Origin: Octopus sinensis
Lineage: Eukaryota
Reading direction: 5' to 3'
Length of the DNA stretch: 64,000 nucleotides
NCBI RefSeq assembly: GCF_006345805.1
Contig: NC_043000.1
Location: 148,676,001 to 148,740,000, forward strand
In this document: piece after piece, positions 12,270 through 47,790 of the stretch
Layout of the letters: each line of letters starts with the position of its first letter
Position numbering within the stretch: the first letter of the stretch is position 1
Notes under the pieces: generated by a model
Databases searched by the model: none
Told to the model about the DNA's origin: nothing
The model's input: only the letters and a program-made list of their open reading frames with translations
Program-made: the position numbers and the translations under genes

Positions 12270-12705
12270 ATTGGTTTTGAATTTTGGCACAAGGCCAGCA
12301 GATTCGAAGGATGGGGTAGATTGATTGCATTGACCCCCCCATGCACAACTAGTACTTACTTTATTGACCCCAAAAAGATGATAGGCAAAATCGACCTTGG
12401 CAGAATTTGAACTCAGAACGTCAAGATGGATGAAATGTCACTAAGCATTTTACCCCACGTGCCAACTTAAAGTGACACAAAAAATATTTCTTTCAAATTT
12501 TGGTACAAGGTCAGCATGTTCAGGGGAGGGGGTAGGTCAATCTCATCAATCCTGACTCTGAACTGGTACTTATTTTATCAACCCCAAAAGGATAAAAGAC
12601 AAAGTTGGCCTCGGCAGTATTTGAGCTCAGAACTTAAAGACAGACTAAATGCTGCTAAGCATTTTGCCTGGCACAGTAACGATTCTGCCAACTTGGCACC
12701 TTAAT
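12270..12705 (-). mobile_element. Two tandem degenerate family-B SINEs with alternative tail (ctggccttgtgccaaaatt)
   Basis: Both carry gaatttgaactcagaac / aaggcaaa..cgacc blocks; similar copies at ~36050-36180, ~41640-41815 and ~48710-48930. Confidence 0.7.
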
Positions 12706-13245
12706 GACCAAATAAAATAATTAAACAACATTAAATATAAGCGTAGGTATGATTGGTTGGTAAAAAGTTTGCTTCCCAACCAACCACATAGTTTGGGGTT
12801 CAGTTACACTGCATGGCACCTTGAGCAGCTGTCTTCTACTATAGTCCTGGGCAGAACAAAGCCTTGTAAATGGATTTGGTAAATGGAAACTGAAAGAAAC
12901 CTGCCTTCTGTGTCTGTGTGTGTGTGTGTCTGTGTATCTTTGTGTTCATGTCTATCCCTCCACCGACGCTTGACAACCGGTAGTTGGCTTACGTTACTGT
13001 AACTTAACAGCTCGGCAAATGATAGAATAAGTAACAGACTTAAAACAAATAAGATTTGTCCAACTAAAACCGTTCAAGGCAATGTCACAGCATGGCCACA
13101 GTCCAAGGTTTGAAACAAGTAAAAGGTACAGGCGAAGTTGTAGCTGTATCGTTAAGAAGTTCGCTTCCCAACATGGTTTGGGATTCAGTCCCACTACATG
13201 GTACCTTGGGCAAGTGTTTTCTACTAAAGCCCCGAGCTGACAAAT

Positions 13246-13660
13246 TCATCATCATCATCATCATTTAGCATCCACTTTCCATGCTAGCATGGGTTAGACG
13301 GTTCACCTGGGGTCTGTGAAGCCAGAATGCTGCATCAGGCCCAGTCTGATCTGGCAGTGTTTCTACGGCTGGATGCCCTTCCTAACGCCAACCACTCTGT
13401 GAGTGTAGTGGGTGCTTTTTACGTGCCACCCGCACAGGTGCCAGACGGAGCTGGCAAACGACCACGATCGGATGGTGCTTTTTACGTGCCACTGGCACGA
13501 GGGCCAAGCGGGGTTGGCAACGGCCACAAACAGATGGTGCTATTTACGTGCCACCGGCACAGAAGCCAGTCAGGGCGGCGCTGGCAACAGCCATGATCGG
13601 ATGGTTCACTTACTTGTCACCGGCACTAGTATCACAGCTGCAATTTCCATTGATGTTGAT
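13246..13660 (-). mobile_element. RTE LINE 3' UTR fragment
   Basis: (GAT)n tail and ~58-bp gtgccaccggcac repeats as at 14125-14870. Confidence 0.85.
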
Positions 13661-13921
13661 CGACTTCAATTTTGGTTGTGAGTAAAATTGGTAGATGGAA
13701 ACTGAGAAACACACACATATATATAGTATGATTAGATGAACTCGATGTGCGACAGCTAAACTCCATGGGTTTCAGTTTTAATGTTAATCGCGTTAAACAT
13801 CTACTGTTGCTTGTACACACAGACTGTCCGTATCCGATGGTGGGTTATGACATAATACGAAGAGCACTGCAATAATAATATGAGAAAATAACATGGGCAT
13901 GACTTGGTAATCCTTTATTCC

Positions 13922-14020
13922 AATTGCTACATGTGTTTCAGTATTCGGCATCATGACATCACACTACATATGCAACTAGTAGGTGCACCTTGCATGGAGC
14001 AAACACATCGTCAGACAATC
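13922..14020 (-). ncRNA. Possible hammerhead ribozyme motif with enlarged stem II loop
   Basis: GATTGT-CTGACGA-tGTGTTTG(52 nt)CGAATACt-GAAA-CACATG-TA-GCAATT; first stem II pair is a U-U mismatch. Confidence 0.4.
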
Positions 14021-14124
14021 GATAAAAGAAATACAAGTTACAGACAAGCAGCAATCAAATTTATACACACCAGAGGCATATGAGGTTAAAAGGTAGTAAC
14101 ATGGTCCTATGCAGGACTGCCACT

Positions 14125-14870
14125 TTCATCATCATCATCATCAACATCGTTTAACGTCCGTTTTCCGCGCTAGCACGGGTTGGACGGTTCGACTGGGGTC
14201 TGGGAAGCCAGGGGCTGCACCAGGCTCCAGTCTGATCTGGCAGAGTTTCTACAGCTGGATGCCCCTCCTAACGCCAACCACTCCACGAGTGTAGTGGGTG
14301 CTTTTTACGTGCCAGGGGGGTCCGGCATCGGCCACGATCGGTTGGTGCTTTTAACGTGCCACCGGCACGGAAGCCAGCCAAGGCGGCGCTGGCATCGGCC
14401 ACGTTCGGATGGTGCTTTTTATGTGCCACCGGCACAGGTATCTCAACTACTATTTCCATTGATATTTATTTCAATGTTCATGTACTTGACTCAACAGGTC
14501 TCCTCAAGCACAGCGGGATGTTCTGTAATCCAAAGTACTTTGAATGGGCAGAGGCTATGCGGAACTGGTGCAGGGAGCAGCCCGGGTCTTTGCAGTCACA
14601 GCATATCTCCAGAGATCTCGGTCCTTCGCCATTGCCTCAGTGAGGCCCAACGCTCTGAGGTCATGCTTGACTACCTCATCCCATGTCTTCCTGGGTCTAC
14701 CTCTCCCCCTAATACCTTCAACTGTTTGGGAGTGGCACTTCTTCACACATCTCTCCTCATCCATCCGCAGTACATGACCATACCATCGCAAGCGTCGCTC
14801 TTGCACACCACATCTGATGCTTCTTATGTCCAGCATTTCTCTCAGGGTGCTTACACTCTGTCGTGCGTGC
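14125..14870 (-). mobile_element. RTE-clade LINE 3' end (ORF2 C-terminus plus VNTR-containing 3' UTR)
   Basis: ORF 14555-14878 ERRLRWYGHVLRM...GRGRPRKTW is the RTE signature; tail ggaaaacggacgttaaacgatg(atg)n. Confidence 0.93.
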
Positions 14871-15370
14871 ACTGGCAAATAGATTTTACTATGAAGTAAA
14901 GTTACTACTTAAATCTCATTCAGAGATTTAAAACTATCTGTTTTACTTATTACGAGATCAGTCACTGTCAGTCACTTCTATATTTATATGGTGTGAGTAA
15001 AGTCGAGTAAGCTGCTAACTTTAGCCGGCAGTCGTCCAGCACCGAGGATGGGAAATTACCCAGAAGCTATTGGTCTTCTAGTACTGCTAGTGGCTGGGAA
15101 GGAGCAGTATTATCCCTTGCTCACTGGATATTTCAGACACAGATTGTGTGTCGATAACCAGCTGGAAAAGATGTTTTCCTGGGGTTAAAAGGTAGTAACA
15201 TGGTCCTACGCAGGGCTGCCACTCTACATTGGCAAATAGATTTTACTATATATATATATATCCATCCAAAGAACCTCCAAAAACTAGAATCCCTTAAATA
15301 TTATCCTAGCATGATACAACCACAATAAAGACAATTATGCAATATCATATTAAAAATAATACTAACAACA

Positions 15371-15601
15371 AGGCGGCGAGCAGGCAGAAACGTTAGCATG
15401 CCAGGTGAAATGCGCAGCCGTATTTCTTCCGCCATTACGTTCTAGGTTCAAATTCTGCCAAGGTCGACTTTGCCTTTCATCCTCTCGGGGTTGATAAATT
15501 AAGTACCAGTTACGCACTGTGGTCAATGTAATCGACTTAATTCGTTTGTCTGTCCTTGTTTGTCCCCTCTATGTTTAGCCCCTTGTGGGTAATAAAGAAA
15601 C
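15371..15601 (+). mobile_element. tRNA-derived SINE, family B, full length
   Basis: 17-bp TSD aaataatactaacaaca; further full copies at ~19443-19672 and ~23393-23625, each with a TSD. Confidence 0.93.
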
Positions 15602-16209
15602 AAATAATACTAACAACAAACCTACCTTAAACCATGAACCCTCTAACAAGTTCAACCTTACAAAAATGAAGGACAACCCAGAATAACAAGACCCTAAGAT
15701 ATAAAAGACTCACAGATAGCAAGCATATCAAATGTAGATTACCATCATCAAATGCCTAAGGTACATCACTATGATGATATATGAGGTAGAGGTAGAGAGA
15801 GAGAGAGAGAAATGCAAAAAAGTACAAGAAAAACGTAGGTGGGCTGCCAAAATTTGGCAGTTAGAAAATTAAGTATATTCATTACATAATTTTACTACTC
15901 GGGCTAAATACAATTTCAAACATAATATCAAGATGTGCAGAAGAAACATTAGAGCATAAAAAAGAAAAGGAAAATAATAGTTATTTTAAGACAGGAATAA
16001 ACCTAGTATTTAGCACAGACACTCAACAAACATAGACTTAAAATTCTTGTCATTAATTTATTTTACTTCCCTTCTAACTTTTCCTTTTTTTCTCTTAAAA
16101 TACTTGACATGACCTGCTCTTAAGGATTTTAGTTAATAACCAAAAGTCATTTTCTTGTACAAATTAATAAGAAACCTCTTAAAAATACAGTGGAAAAATG
16201 GACAGGATA

Positions 16210-16572
16210 GGCGCAGGAGTGGCTGTGTGGTAAGTAGCTTGCTTACCAACCACATGGTTCCAGGTTCAGTACCACTGCGTGGCATCTTGGGCAAGTGTCT
16301 TCTGCTATAGCCCCGGGCCGACCAATGCCTTGTGAGTGGATTTGGTAGACGGAAACTGAAAGAAGCCTGTCGTATATATGTATATCTATATATGTGTATG
16401 TGTGTTTGTGTGTCTGTGTTTGTCCCCCTAGCATTGCTTGACAACCGATGCTGGTGTGTTTACGTCCCCGTCACTTAGCGGTTCGGCAAAAGAGACCGAT
16501 AGAATAAGTACTAAAGGTGGTGCTCCAGCATGGCCGCAGTCAAATGACTGAAACAAGTAAAAGAGTAAAGAG
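16210..16572 (+). mobile_element. Family-A SINE downstream of the BCAS2 stop, antisense to the gene
   Basis: Family-A head and tail with a small internal deletion. Confidence 0.92.
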
Positions 16573-16714
16573 AGCTTCCAAGAAAATCAAACAGGAATAT
16601 ACAGAGAAAATTCCAGTGATATATAGTCTACAGTTTAAGTACTGAATGTCATGAGAAGACTTTGCTTTATGATAACTAAAGAAAGAAAAATTACGTCTTG
16701 GTTTTCTTAAAAAA

Positions 16715-16720
16715 TTTATT
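16715..16720 (-). promoter_or_regulatory. Candidate proximal polyadenylation signal of BCAS2
   Basis: AATAAA on the minus strand about 245 nt after the stop, followed by U-rich sequence. Confidence 0.5.
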
Positions 16721-16962
16721 CACAAAAGAATATTGGAAACAAATATACAGAGGTTTTTCAGATATAATGCAGATTCCATGTAAGCTAAAAAAGAGAAAAA
16801 GAAAATCATAAATTAAGCATATTCTCCATGTCATAAATCAAAACTTATTATTATTATTATTATTATTATTAACAACAAAATAACTAACTAACCATTGATG
16901 GTGATGTTTTACACACTTTGATTCAACCACATGTGCACTGAGAATTGTGAAGTGGAGAATAG

Positions 16963-40642
<23,680 letters not shown>

Positions 40643-40744
40643 TTTGCACGTAAAAAACGGTGTAAAGAATCCAGCTGTTGTAGGGTTATGCCCCTTGTTT
40701 ACTATACCCGAGGCAATGAATTCATTTCTCTTGAATTATAATAA

Positions 40745-41040
40745 AATAAATAATGAAATAATTGTATATAGTGCTCAGGTGCACCACAGCTTGTCAAAAA
40801 GTGCGTATAAAGTGTATGCAGTAATGTACAAATGTCTGGAAAGCGAACAATGTATGAGTCAGATACATGCTTGTGTGTGTATGGAGGGGAGGAAATCAGG
40901 TGTAGTGTTGGCGAATCTCAGAAAGCATGGAAGTTTTGAAGGATGCAGTGCTCCGACAACTAACAACTGATGCCGGCAGTTTGTTCCATGCTTCAGCAAC
41001 TCTCAGCGTGAAAAAATGTTTCCTAAAATCATGGTTCTCA
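40745..41040 (-). mobile_element. CR1-B LINE 3' fragment just upstream of the BCAS2 ATG
   Basis: Same 3' UTR and ORF end as 21160-21612; a UTR-only copy lies at ~55770-55895(+). Confidence 0.9.
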
Positions 41041-42423
41041 GCCTTTTTAACTCGTGCAGCCCTTACCCCTTGGAATCTTAATTTTTCTGTTTCCCCTGGA
41101 CATTATTAAGTTTTGTAATAAATGGTTAATAGTAGAAACTGATGGCCATGATTTTACTTAGCTTGACGTGTCTCCTCAAGTACAACAAATCATCAGAAGT
41201 CTCAGTCCTTTGTCATCTCCTCCGTGAGGCCCAACGTTTGAAAATTCTTTCTCATTGCTTCTTCCTGAACAGTATATTACCTGTTATGACATATAGGTGT
41301 TCAGAATGTTAATGACAGTTTTGTGCTGACTATTGGTGACACTTCAAACATAGATATTTACCTGAACACAAACACCTGGAAATTCATAAAGGGACTTCAC
41401 AACAACCAGAAGTTGACTATTAATCCCAAACTTCTGCAATACCCTCCACATGTCTCACAGTACGTGGTCATAAACCTTTTTGTTGTGTCATTCTATGTAT
41501 CCATTTTGTGTTATTGTGATTTTCATAACTATTATAACTGTTATTATTACTACTATAACAAGTGGTGAAACCACTATAACATGGGTTTGTCACTAATATA
41601 TTTGAATGGAATAACAAAAGAGCCTTTCATTAACTTCACTCCTTTAGCATGCCAGACAAAATGCTTAGCATCTTTTCGTTTTGCTTTGTATCTAGAGTTC
41701 AGATTCTGCTGAGGTCAACTTTGTCTTTCAAGTACAAGTTGAGCATTGAGGTCAATATAATCAATTATCCTCCTCTCCCAAAACTTCAGGCCTTGTGCCT
41801 ATAGAAGAAAGGATCGTTATTATTACTACTAATCTCATTATTGTGCATTTATTAGGAGCACATACAGATGTCTGTAGCTCAGGAGCTGTTGCACATGTGA
41901 GTTTGTTTGTCTGGGTCTGTGTATTTGTGAATGTGTACATTTATAGATTCAGATGGTGGGTGCACAAGCTGGAGCACCAAAGCACATTTATCCCACTGGC
42001 CAGCCTTAAAATCTGAACACAGTAATCTGGTGTTTGCTGAAGTATTTTCTTTTCTGTAGGATGTCACTCCCAGAGATTCGAAGCATTTTTCTTTGAACAC
42101 AATGAATTTAAACTCAAAGCAACAAGTATATAAAGGTAATATTTCCTTGTCAGTTACACCAGCCAAGTGGGAGTAAGTAACTTCATGTATGTTACACAAA
42201 GAGTTCCTGTCTCATCCACCTTTTCATTGTGATCTGTGCTATGTACTTTTCTTAGTAATTGTGTAGTCATGGCCAACTTCTGACTTGTTTTGTGAGACTG
42301 AGTTAGTTATAGCCTTATTTGAAGCTATAAGTCCATCGGAGCATGCATTAGTTTTACAGACTTGCTTTTTATCATTGAGACTGGATAAGTGATACAGTGA
42401 TCATATTCAGTGCTACTCTGTTA

Positions 42424-42757
42424 AGCCGGCTGCACATTGCTTCAGACAAAACGGTCTTAGACAAGACACTATCAATCAGCATCTGAAACCATGTCTCGGA
42501 TTCTTGGTTATAACTTCAACAACTGTCATTATTTTGTGAGATTGGAAACCATAGATATTTGACATTATTTCTGCAATAATTAGGTAATGATAAATAATAG
42601 TGCTAATTACAGAAAAAAAATTATAGCTAATCTAGATGTTGTTCAGTCTCAAATGGTAGTAACAATTGCTAAAGTCACAACCAAAAACATGATTTTGGAT
42701 GCAAGTTTATCATGTCTTGTCTAAGACTGTTTTATTAGGGTCAGTGTGCAGCCGGCT
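42424..42757. mobile_element. PIF/Harbinger-like MITE with long inverted arms
   Basis: AGCCGGCTGCACA(T/C)TG...aaaac.gtcttagacaagac TIR, TTA/TCA flanks, complementarity continues inward. Confidence 0.7.
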
Positions 42758-42849
42758 TCACTAATTCATTATTAAACTTTTGTTTTTTTATGGTTTTTCA
42801 AAATAAATACATTTCTTTTTAACCCATAATTATGTTAAAAAAATTAAAA

Positions 42850-44922
42850 CGAACTTTGAAGAAAGAAAACAGGATCTTCTATGAAGAATGGGAATTACAA
42901 TATTTTTTTAGTAAATAGTAGCGGCAAAATATCTTGCTTGTTTTGAGATGCCACAATTATAATGGTTAAGAAATTCAATGCACAGCAACATTATGCTCTT
43001 CATAAAGACAATAAATATGCCAAATTAGAGGGTGAGTCTCAAAAGATAGCATTGCAGAAATTGAAAGATGAAAAACAAAACCGAAGACAATTCCTCCAAT
43101 CTGTGTTGCATCAAGGGGATGCTATGACAGAAGCCAGCTGTAAAGTTACATATTTACTTGGGAAAAAAAAAAGGTAGCCATTCAGCGATGCAGAACTCAT
43201 AAAGGAATGTATTTTAGAAGTGGGAGGATGTATAGATCCCGATAAATTTAACAAATATAAAGAGGTGTCTCTTTCAAAAAGGACTGATACAGATCGACAG
43301 CCTGAATTGGCCTGTAATGTAACAGAGCAATTGAAAAATATAATCCAAAAAAAATGTATATTCCTTAGTAGCTTTGGATGAATCAACAGATTTCTCAGAT
43401 TCAGCACAAGTATTGTATTTTATACGTGGTATAACTGATAATTTTCAGTTATATGGAGAATTATTTGCTTAAGGTACCCTTAAAGGAAGGACGTGAGGGA
43501 TAGATATTTTTAACAACTTCAAAGAGCAATGTCATAAAGTAGGACTAAATTTTACTAATTTGGTAAGTGTGTGCACGGATGGTGCTCCAGCTATGGCTGA
43601 AAATGAAGGATTTATTGCATATCTTAAAAGAGTAACCAAAGAACCAAATGTACTGATTTCTTTTTGTTGTATTTTACATCAGTGAAATCTCTGCAAAATC
43701 TGTCATTTTAAATGACACTTTGCAGAAGGTTATAAGTATTGTAAACTATATTCGAGCAAATACCCTGAAGCATTGTCAATTTCGAAACATGCTGACGATG
43801 GATGACGAAGTAATTAATGTGGATTTGCCTTATCATTCAAAAGTACGCTGGTTGTCACAAGGGAAAGTATTGGTCAAAATATTGTCTTTACCAAAACAAA
43901 TAATTTATTTTTTCAAAGAAAACATTGTGATTTATTAGATCCAATTTTTATAGAGATGTCGCATTTTTATGTGATGTGATATCAAAACAAAATGAGTTAC
44001 ACATTTCGTTGCAAGGCAAGAAAAAATGTATTTATGATATGTGGCAAAAAATTTGGGCATTTAGAAAAAAATTGTCCCCTTTCAAATCCCTTTTGGCTCA
44101 ATAAAAACTTCCAGAACACCTTCCTCAGCTTACAAAGGAAATGAGTGAAAATGAAGAAGATATCTATGAATCTTTTGAAGATTACAATTCAGTTTTAGAC
44201 TCATTAATAGAAGAATATAATAAGAAATTCAGTGATTTTGAAAAGCATAACATCACTCTGAAACTTACTTTTCAGCCTCACTCAGTTGATGTATCACAGG
44301 CACCTGAAGAGTTACAAATGGACATGATTGAAATGTCTGAAGCTGTTCGACAAGAGGGAAAATCACATTGAAATTTGGAAAAATGCAGTAGAATATCCTT
44401 GTCTTCACGAACATGCATGCCAACTAGTTTCCTGCTTCTCTTCAACATACTGTTGTGAATCCACATTCTCGTACTTGACACAAATCAAGAATTTGCTGAG
44501 AATGCAATTGACAGATGAGCATTTGGAAGACCAATTGAAACTAAGAACCCCTATGTTAGAGCCTGATATCAAAATGCTTTCTCAAAAAAGCAAATTCAAA
44601 GGAGTCATTAATTTGTATAAAAATTACCTACTTGCCTAAACTAAATATTTGAAAATGTTTTCAATGTTCATAAGCTGTCTTTTTTATAGGATCATTGTTC
44701 ATTAACTTATTACTTGTATACAATGTACCTACTTACTTAAATAAAATATTTGAAAAGTCATGCTTACGATTTCTACACATCTATCTTTCTTTTATTAGAT
44801 TACTAATAAATTACTTAGGGGATAATAAAATAACTAAAAAAAAGAATTTGTTCAATGCGGCCTCCATGAGGGATAATGAATTGTAGAGTGGCCTTTATGC
44901 ACAAAAAGGTTCCCCATTCCTG
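42850..44922 (+). pseudogene. Decayed hAT (Charlie/SPIN, GTF2IRD2-like) transposon with near-complete transposase
   Basis: Fragments EEWELQYF..CL, PFSDAELIKEC, LDESTD, VSVCTDGAPAM, HSKVRWLSQGKVL, FSSTYCCESTFS broken by stops and frameshifts; right TIR aaggttccccattcctg then tcctagaa; left TIR not found. Confidence 0.92.
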
Positions 44923-45929
44923 TCCTAGAATAAAACCATCTTCCTCTATTGTAGCCTCACTCAGTCAAAGAGAATCTAGTCATGTGAGTTACTTGATGAC
45001 CCCACCACTGTTGATGACCTAAAAAAGCACCCAGTACACTCTGTAAAGTGGCTGGCATTAAGAAGAGCATTCAGCTGTAGAAACTTTGCCAAAGCAGCCA
45101 TTATAGTACAATGCAGTCTTTGTATCTGTCAGATTTTCTTCAACTGCCCAACTCATGCCAGCATGAAAGATGGACATTAAAAGATGGTGATAATGATGAT
45201 GTTGATCACACTTGTAATCTTGCCTGAGGAGGTCTAATATGATCAAACACCATCATCATCATTTAATGTCCATTTTCCATGCTGGTGTGGGTTGGATGGT
45301 TACACAGAATCTGACAAGCAGCAAGACAGCATTAAGCTCCAATGTCAGTTTTGGGACGGTTTCCACTGCTGAATGCCCTTCCAAATGCCAACCACTTTAG
45401 AGTGTATACTGAGTGTGTTTATCATGCCATTGGCACTAGTGAGGTTGCCAAATAACTTGTAAGACAGAAAAGAAATGAGGGAAGAAAGGAAAATGTTCCC
45501 ACTACTAAATGGGGAGTATTTAAAAGGTGAAGATGGCTTTATACCAGATGTTGAAAGGCTGAAGTATGATAAGAGACAAGCATAGGTATCTAGCTATAGA
45601 GGAGATACTTGGCTGTTCCAATTTATACACAGGGGTGGGTGGAAGTAGCTGAGGAGAAAAAAAAGAAAGAAAGGATGGAATGCCAGAGCAAAATCTCAAG
45701 GTACAAGGAAAATGTAAGAGAGGATACAGACAGTGGATCATGAGAGAGAAGGAGAGTAGATACTTTCCTAAGAGTGTAAGTGGGAGTAAGAAGTGGTTAA
45801 AAATAGGAGTGGGTAAATTTAGTGAGTGATGAACAAGGGTGAAGGTGCAATTGAGGAGAAATACCAGAATGGAAAGGGATAAGGTGAGAGATGTAGGAGT
45901 GGTTCAAGAAGGAGAATAGATCAGAAAGT

Positions 45930-46318
45930 GGTGGAGGCGCAATGGCCCAGTGGTTAGGGCAGCAGACTCGTGGTCATAGGATAGCGGTTTCGATTCCCAG
46001 ACCAGGCGTTGTGAGTGTTTATTGAGCGAAAACACCTAAAGCTCCACGAGGCTCCGGCAGGGGATGGTGGTGATCCCTGCTGTACTCTTTCACCACAACT
46101 TTCTCTCACTCTTACTTCCTGTTCCTGTTGTACCCGTATTTCAAAGGGCCAGCCTTGTCACTCTCTGTGTCATGCTGAATATCCCCGAGAACTACATTAA
46201 GGGTACACGTGTCTGTGGAGTGCTCAGCCACTTACACGTTAATTTCATGAGCAGGCTGTTCCGTTGATCGGATCAACCGGAACCCTCGTCGTCATAACCG
46301 ATGGAGTGCTTCCATCCC
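45930..46318 (+). mobile_element. Family-C SINE, full length
   Basis: 12-bp TSD agatcagaaagt. Confidence 0.93.
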
Positions 46319-47255
46319 AGATCAGAAAGTAGCAGAATGATGTGCAGTTGGTTTTAAAGACCAAATGAATTTGCATTGTCTAGTATTTCTATCAGCAGTT
46401 GTTATTAGAGCTTGTTCTTAGACTTTAAACACCACTGGAGAGAGAATTTTGTCTTCTAATTCTTTAGATGATCTCAACTGATTGAAGTATTTCAACTCAA
46501 TATTACATACGTGAGATTCAACCATCAAAGTGCATTGGTGAAAAATGCTGAATGCACAGTTTTTACAAGTCAACACCAAAAAGGAGTATTTCATACTAGT
46601 TATTTCCTGACCAATCAGATTAGTTAAACAGATAAGAGACACATTTCCACAAGGCATATTCCTTCACATTTGATCATAAGTGTACTTGAAAAGTACTGAA
46701 CCAAAATAAGCAACAAATTAGGATTGCATTTAGGTATAAGCTAAATAAGCTACAGCTGAATGAACCTCTCAAAATTTCAGAATTGTTTTCATTCCATTCA
46801 CTACAGTTTCTAGGTTAATTAACAGCAATTAACATTAACAAATTATTTCCACAAATATGTAGGTTTCCATCATTTTATAATTATGCTTCAATATCAACTT
46901 TTATCATATTTTCTTTATTCTTTAATAAATGCCAAATGGGGTCTTTAAAAGGGCCTTATAGCTTACAGCTTCCTAAAATAGCCCTGAGCATGCAATTGTA
47001 TGTGGAGGAGGGAAAATAAGGAAAATATTTAAAAGAAAGCAGAAATATATATAAAGAGAAAGAAGCATTTAGACAATAAAAGCATTAGAAAATTTTAAAA
47101 ATTGATTCTGAAAAAAGTGTTAGAATTCAGTAAATATTTCATGTTTTAATTCCCTTCAAATAATTATTTTATGGAATTAACCATAACCTTGTCTTCAATC
47201 TGATACAGTAAACAAACAGAAAAGAATTAGGAAAGCAGAATTTCCTTGAACTTAC

Positions 47256-47295
47256 CTTGAACTGATTCCGAAAAGAAAAAGAGACAAGAAACTTG
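47256..47295 (-). CDS. Unknown gene, candidate 40-nt downstream or alternative exon (ASFLSLFLFGISS)
   Basis: Long polypyrimidine tract + catAG, perfect AAG/GTAAGT donor; in frame with exon 50598-50705. Confidence 0.45.
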
Positions 47296-47569
47296 CTATG
47301 AACAAATAGAGAGAAAAAAATGCTAATTCTTATACAACATTAATTTCTTTTTGGTTTTTTAGTCATTGTAATCTTTTATTTTTCACCAAATTCATGAATG
47401 TCAATGTTTCATATAACCAACTCATCTATTTTTTGCTGCACAAAACACGACCAACCAACATGGTGGTTATTGTAAATAAGGTATGGACGTTATGTGCATT
47501 GCCTGATGAAAGTCAGTAAAATTAATATCTTTAAGCATTTTATTGTTACTGATGATAAATAAGGTTTAA

Positions 47570-47790
47570 CCCTTTATTGTTTAAACTGGCCATATCCGGC
47601 CAAAACATTCTACCTTTTTTATGTTCAAACTAGTCAGATATGGTCATTCATAGCTATCTTATTGTGTCATTTTAAAAATAAACAAAACACATCATTGAAA
47701 TCTCAAAGCCATGAAATGATGCAGGATTAATTTTACATAGTGTGAATACATAAACTTTACATTTGACAGAATAATCTGAATGCTAAAGGG
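47570..47790. mobile_element. piggyBac-type MITE
   Basis: TTAA-CCCTTTA...TAAAGGG-TTAA. Confidence 0.88.

Noticed and set aside
14300-14440. Regularly spaced palindromic repeats resembling a CRISPR array
   Set aside because: The units are tandem with no unique spacers, lie in an RTE 3' UTR, and there are no cas genes in this eukaryotic context.
15124-15161. Third hammerhead-like fold (GACAC/GTGTC stem, GAAA, UC) on the minus strand
   Set aside because: The CUGANGA core is absent (GTTATC), so it is too degenerate to call.
42850-44922. Domesticated GTF2IRD2/ZBED-like gene
   Set aside because: Multiple stops and frameshifts, no introns, and a retained TIR indicate a dead transposon.
46418-46657. 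79-aa minus-strand ORF MPCGNVSLICL...
   Set aside because: No splice linkage or recognisable motif; probably UTR or intergenic.
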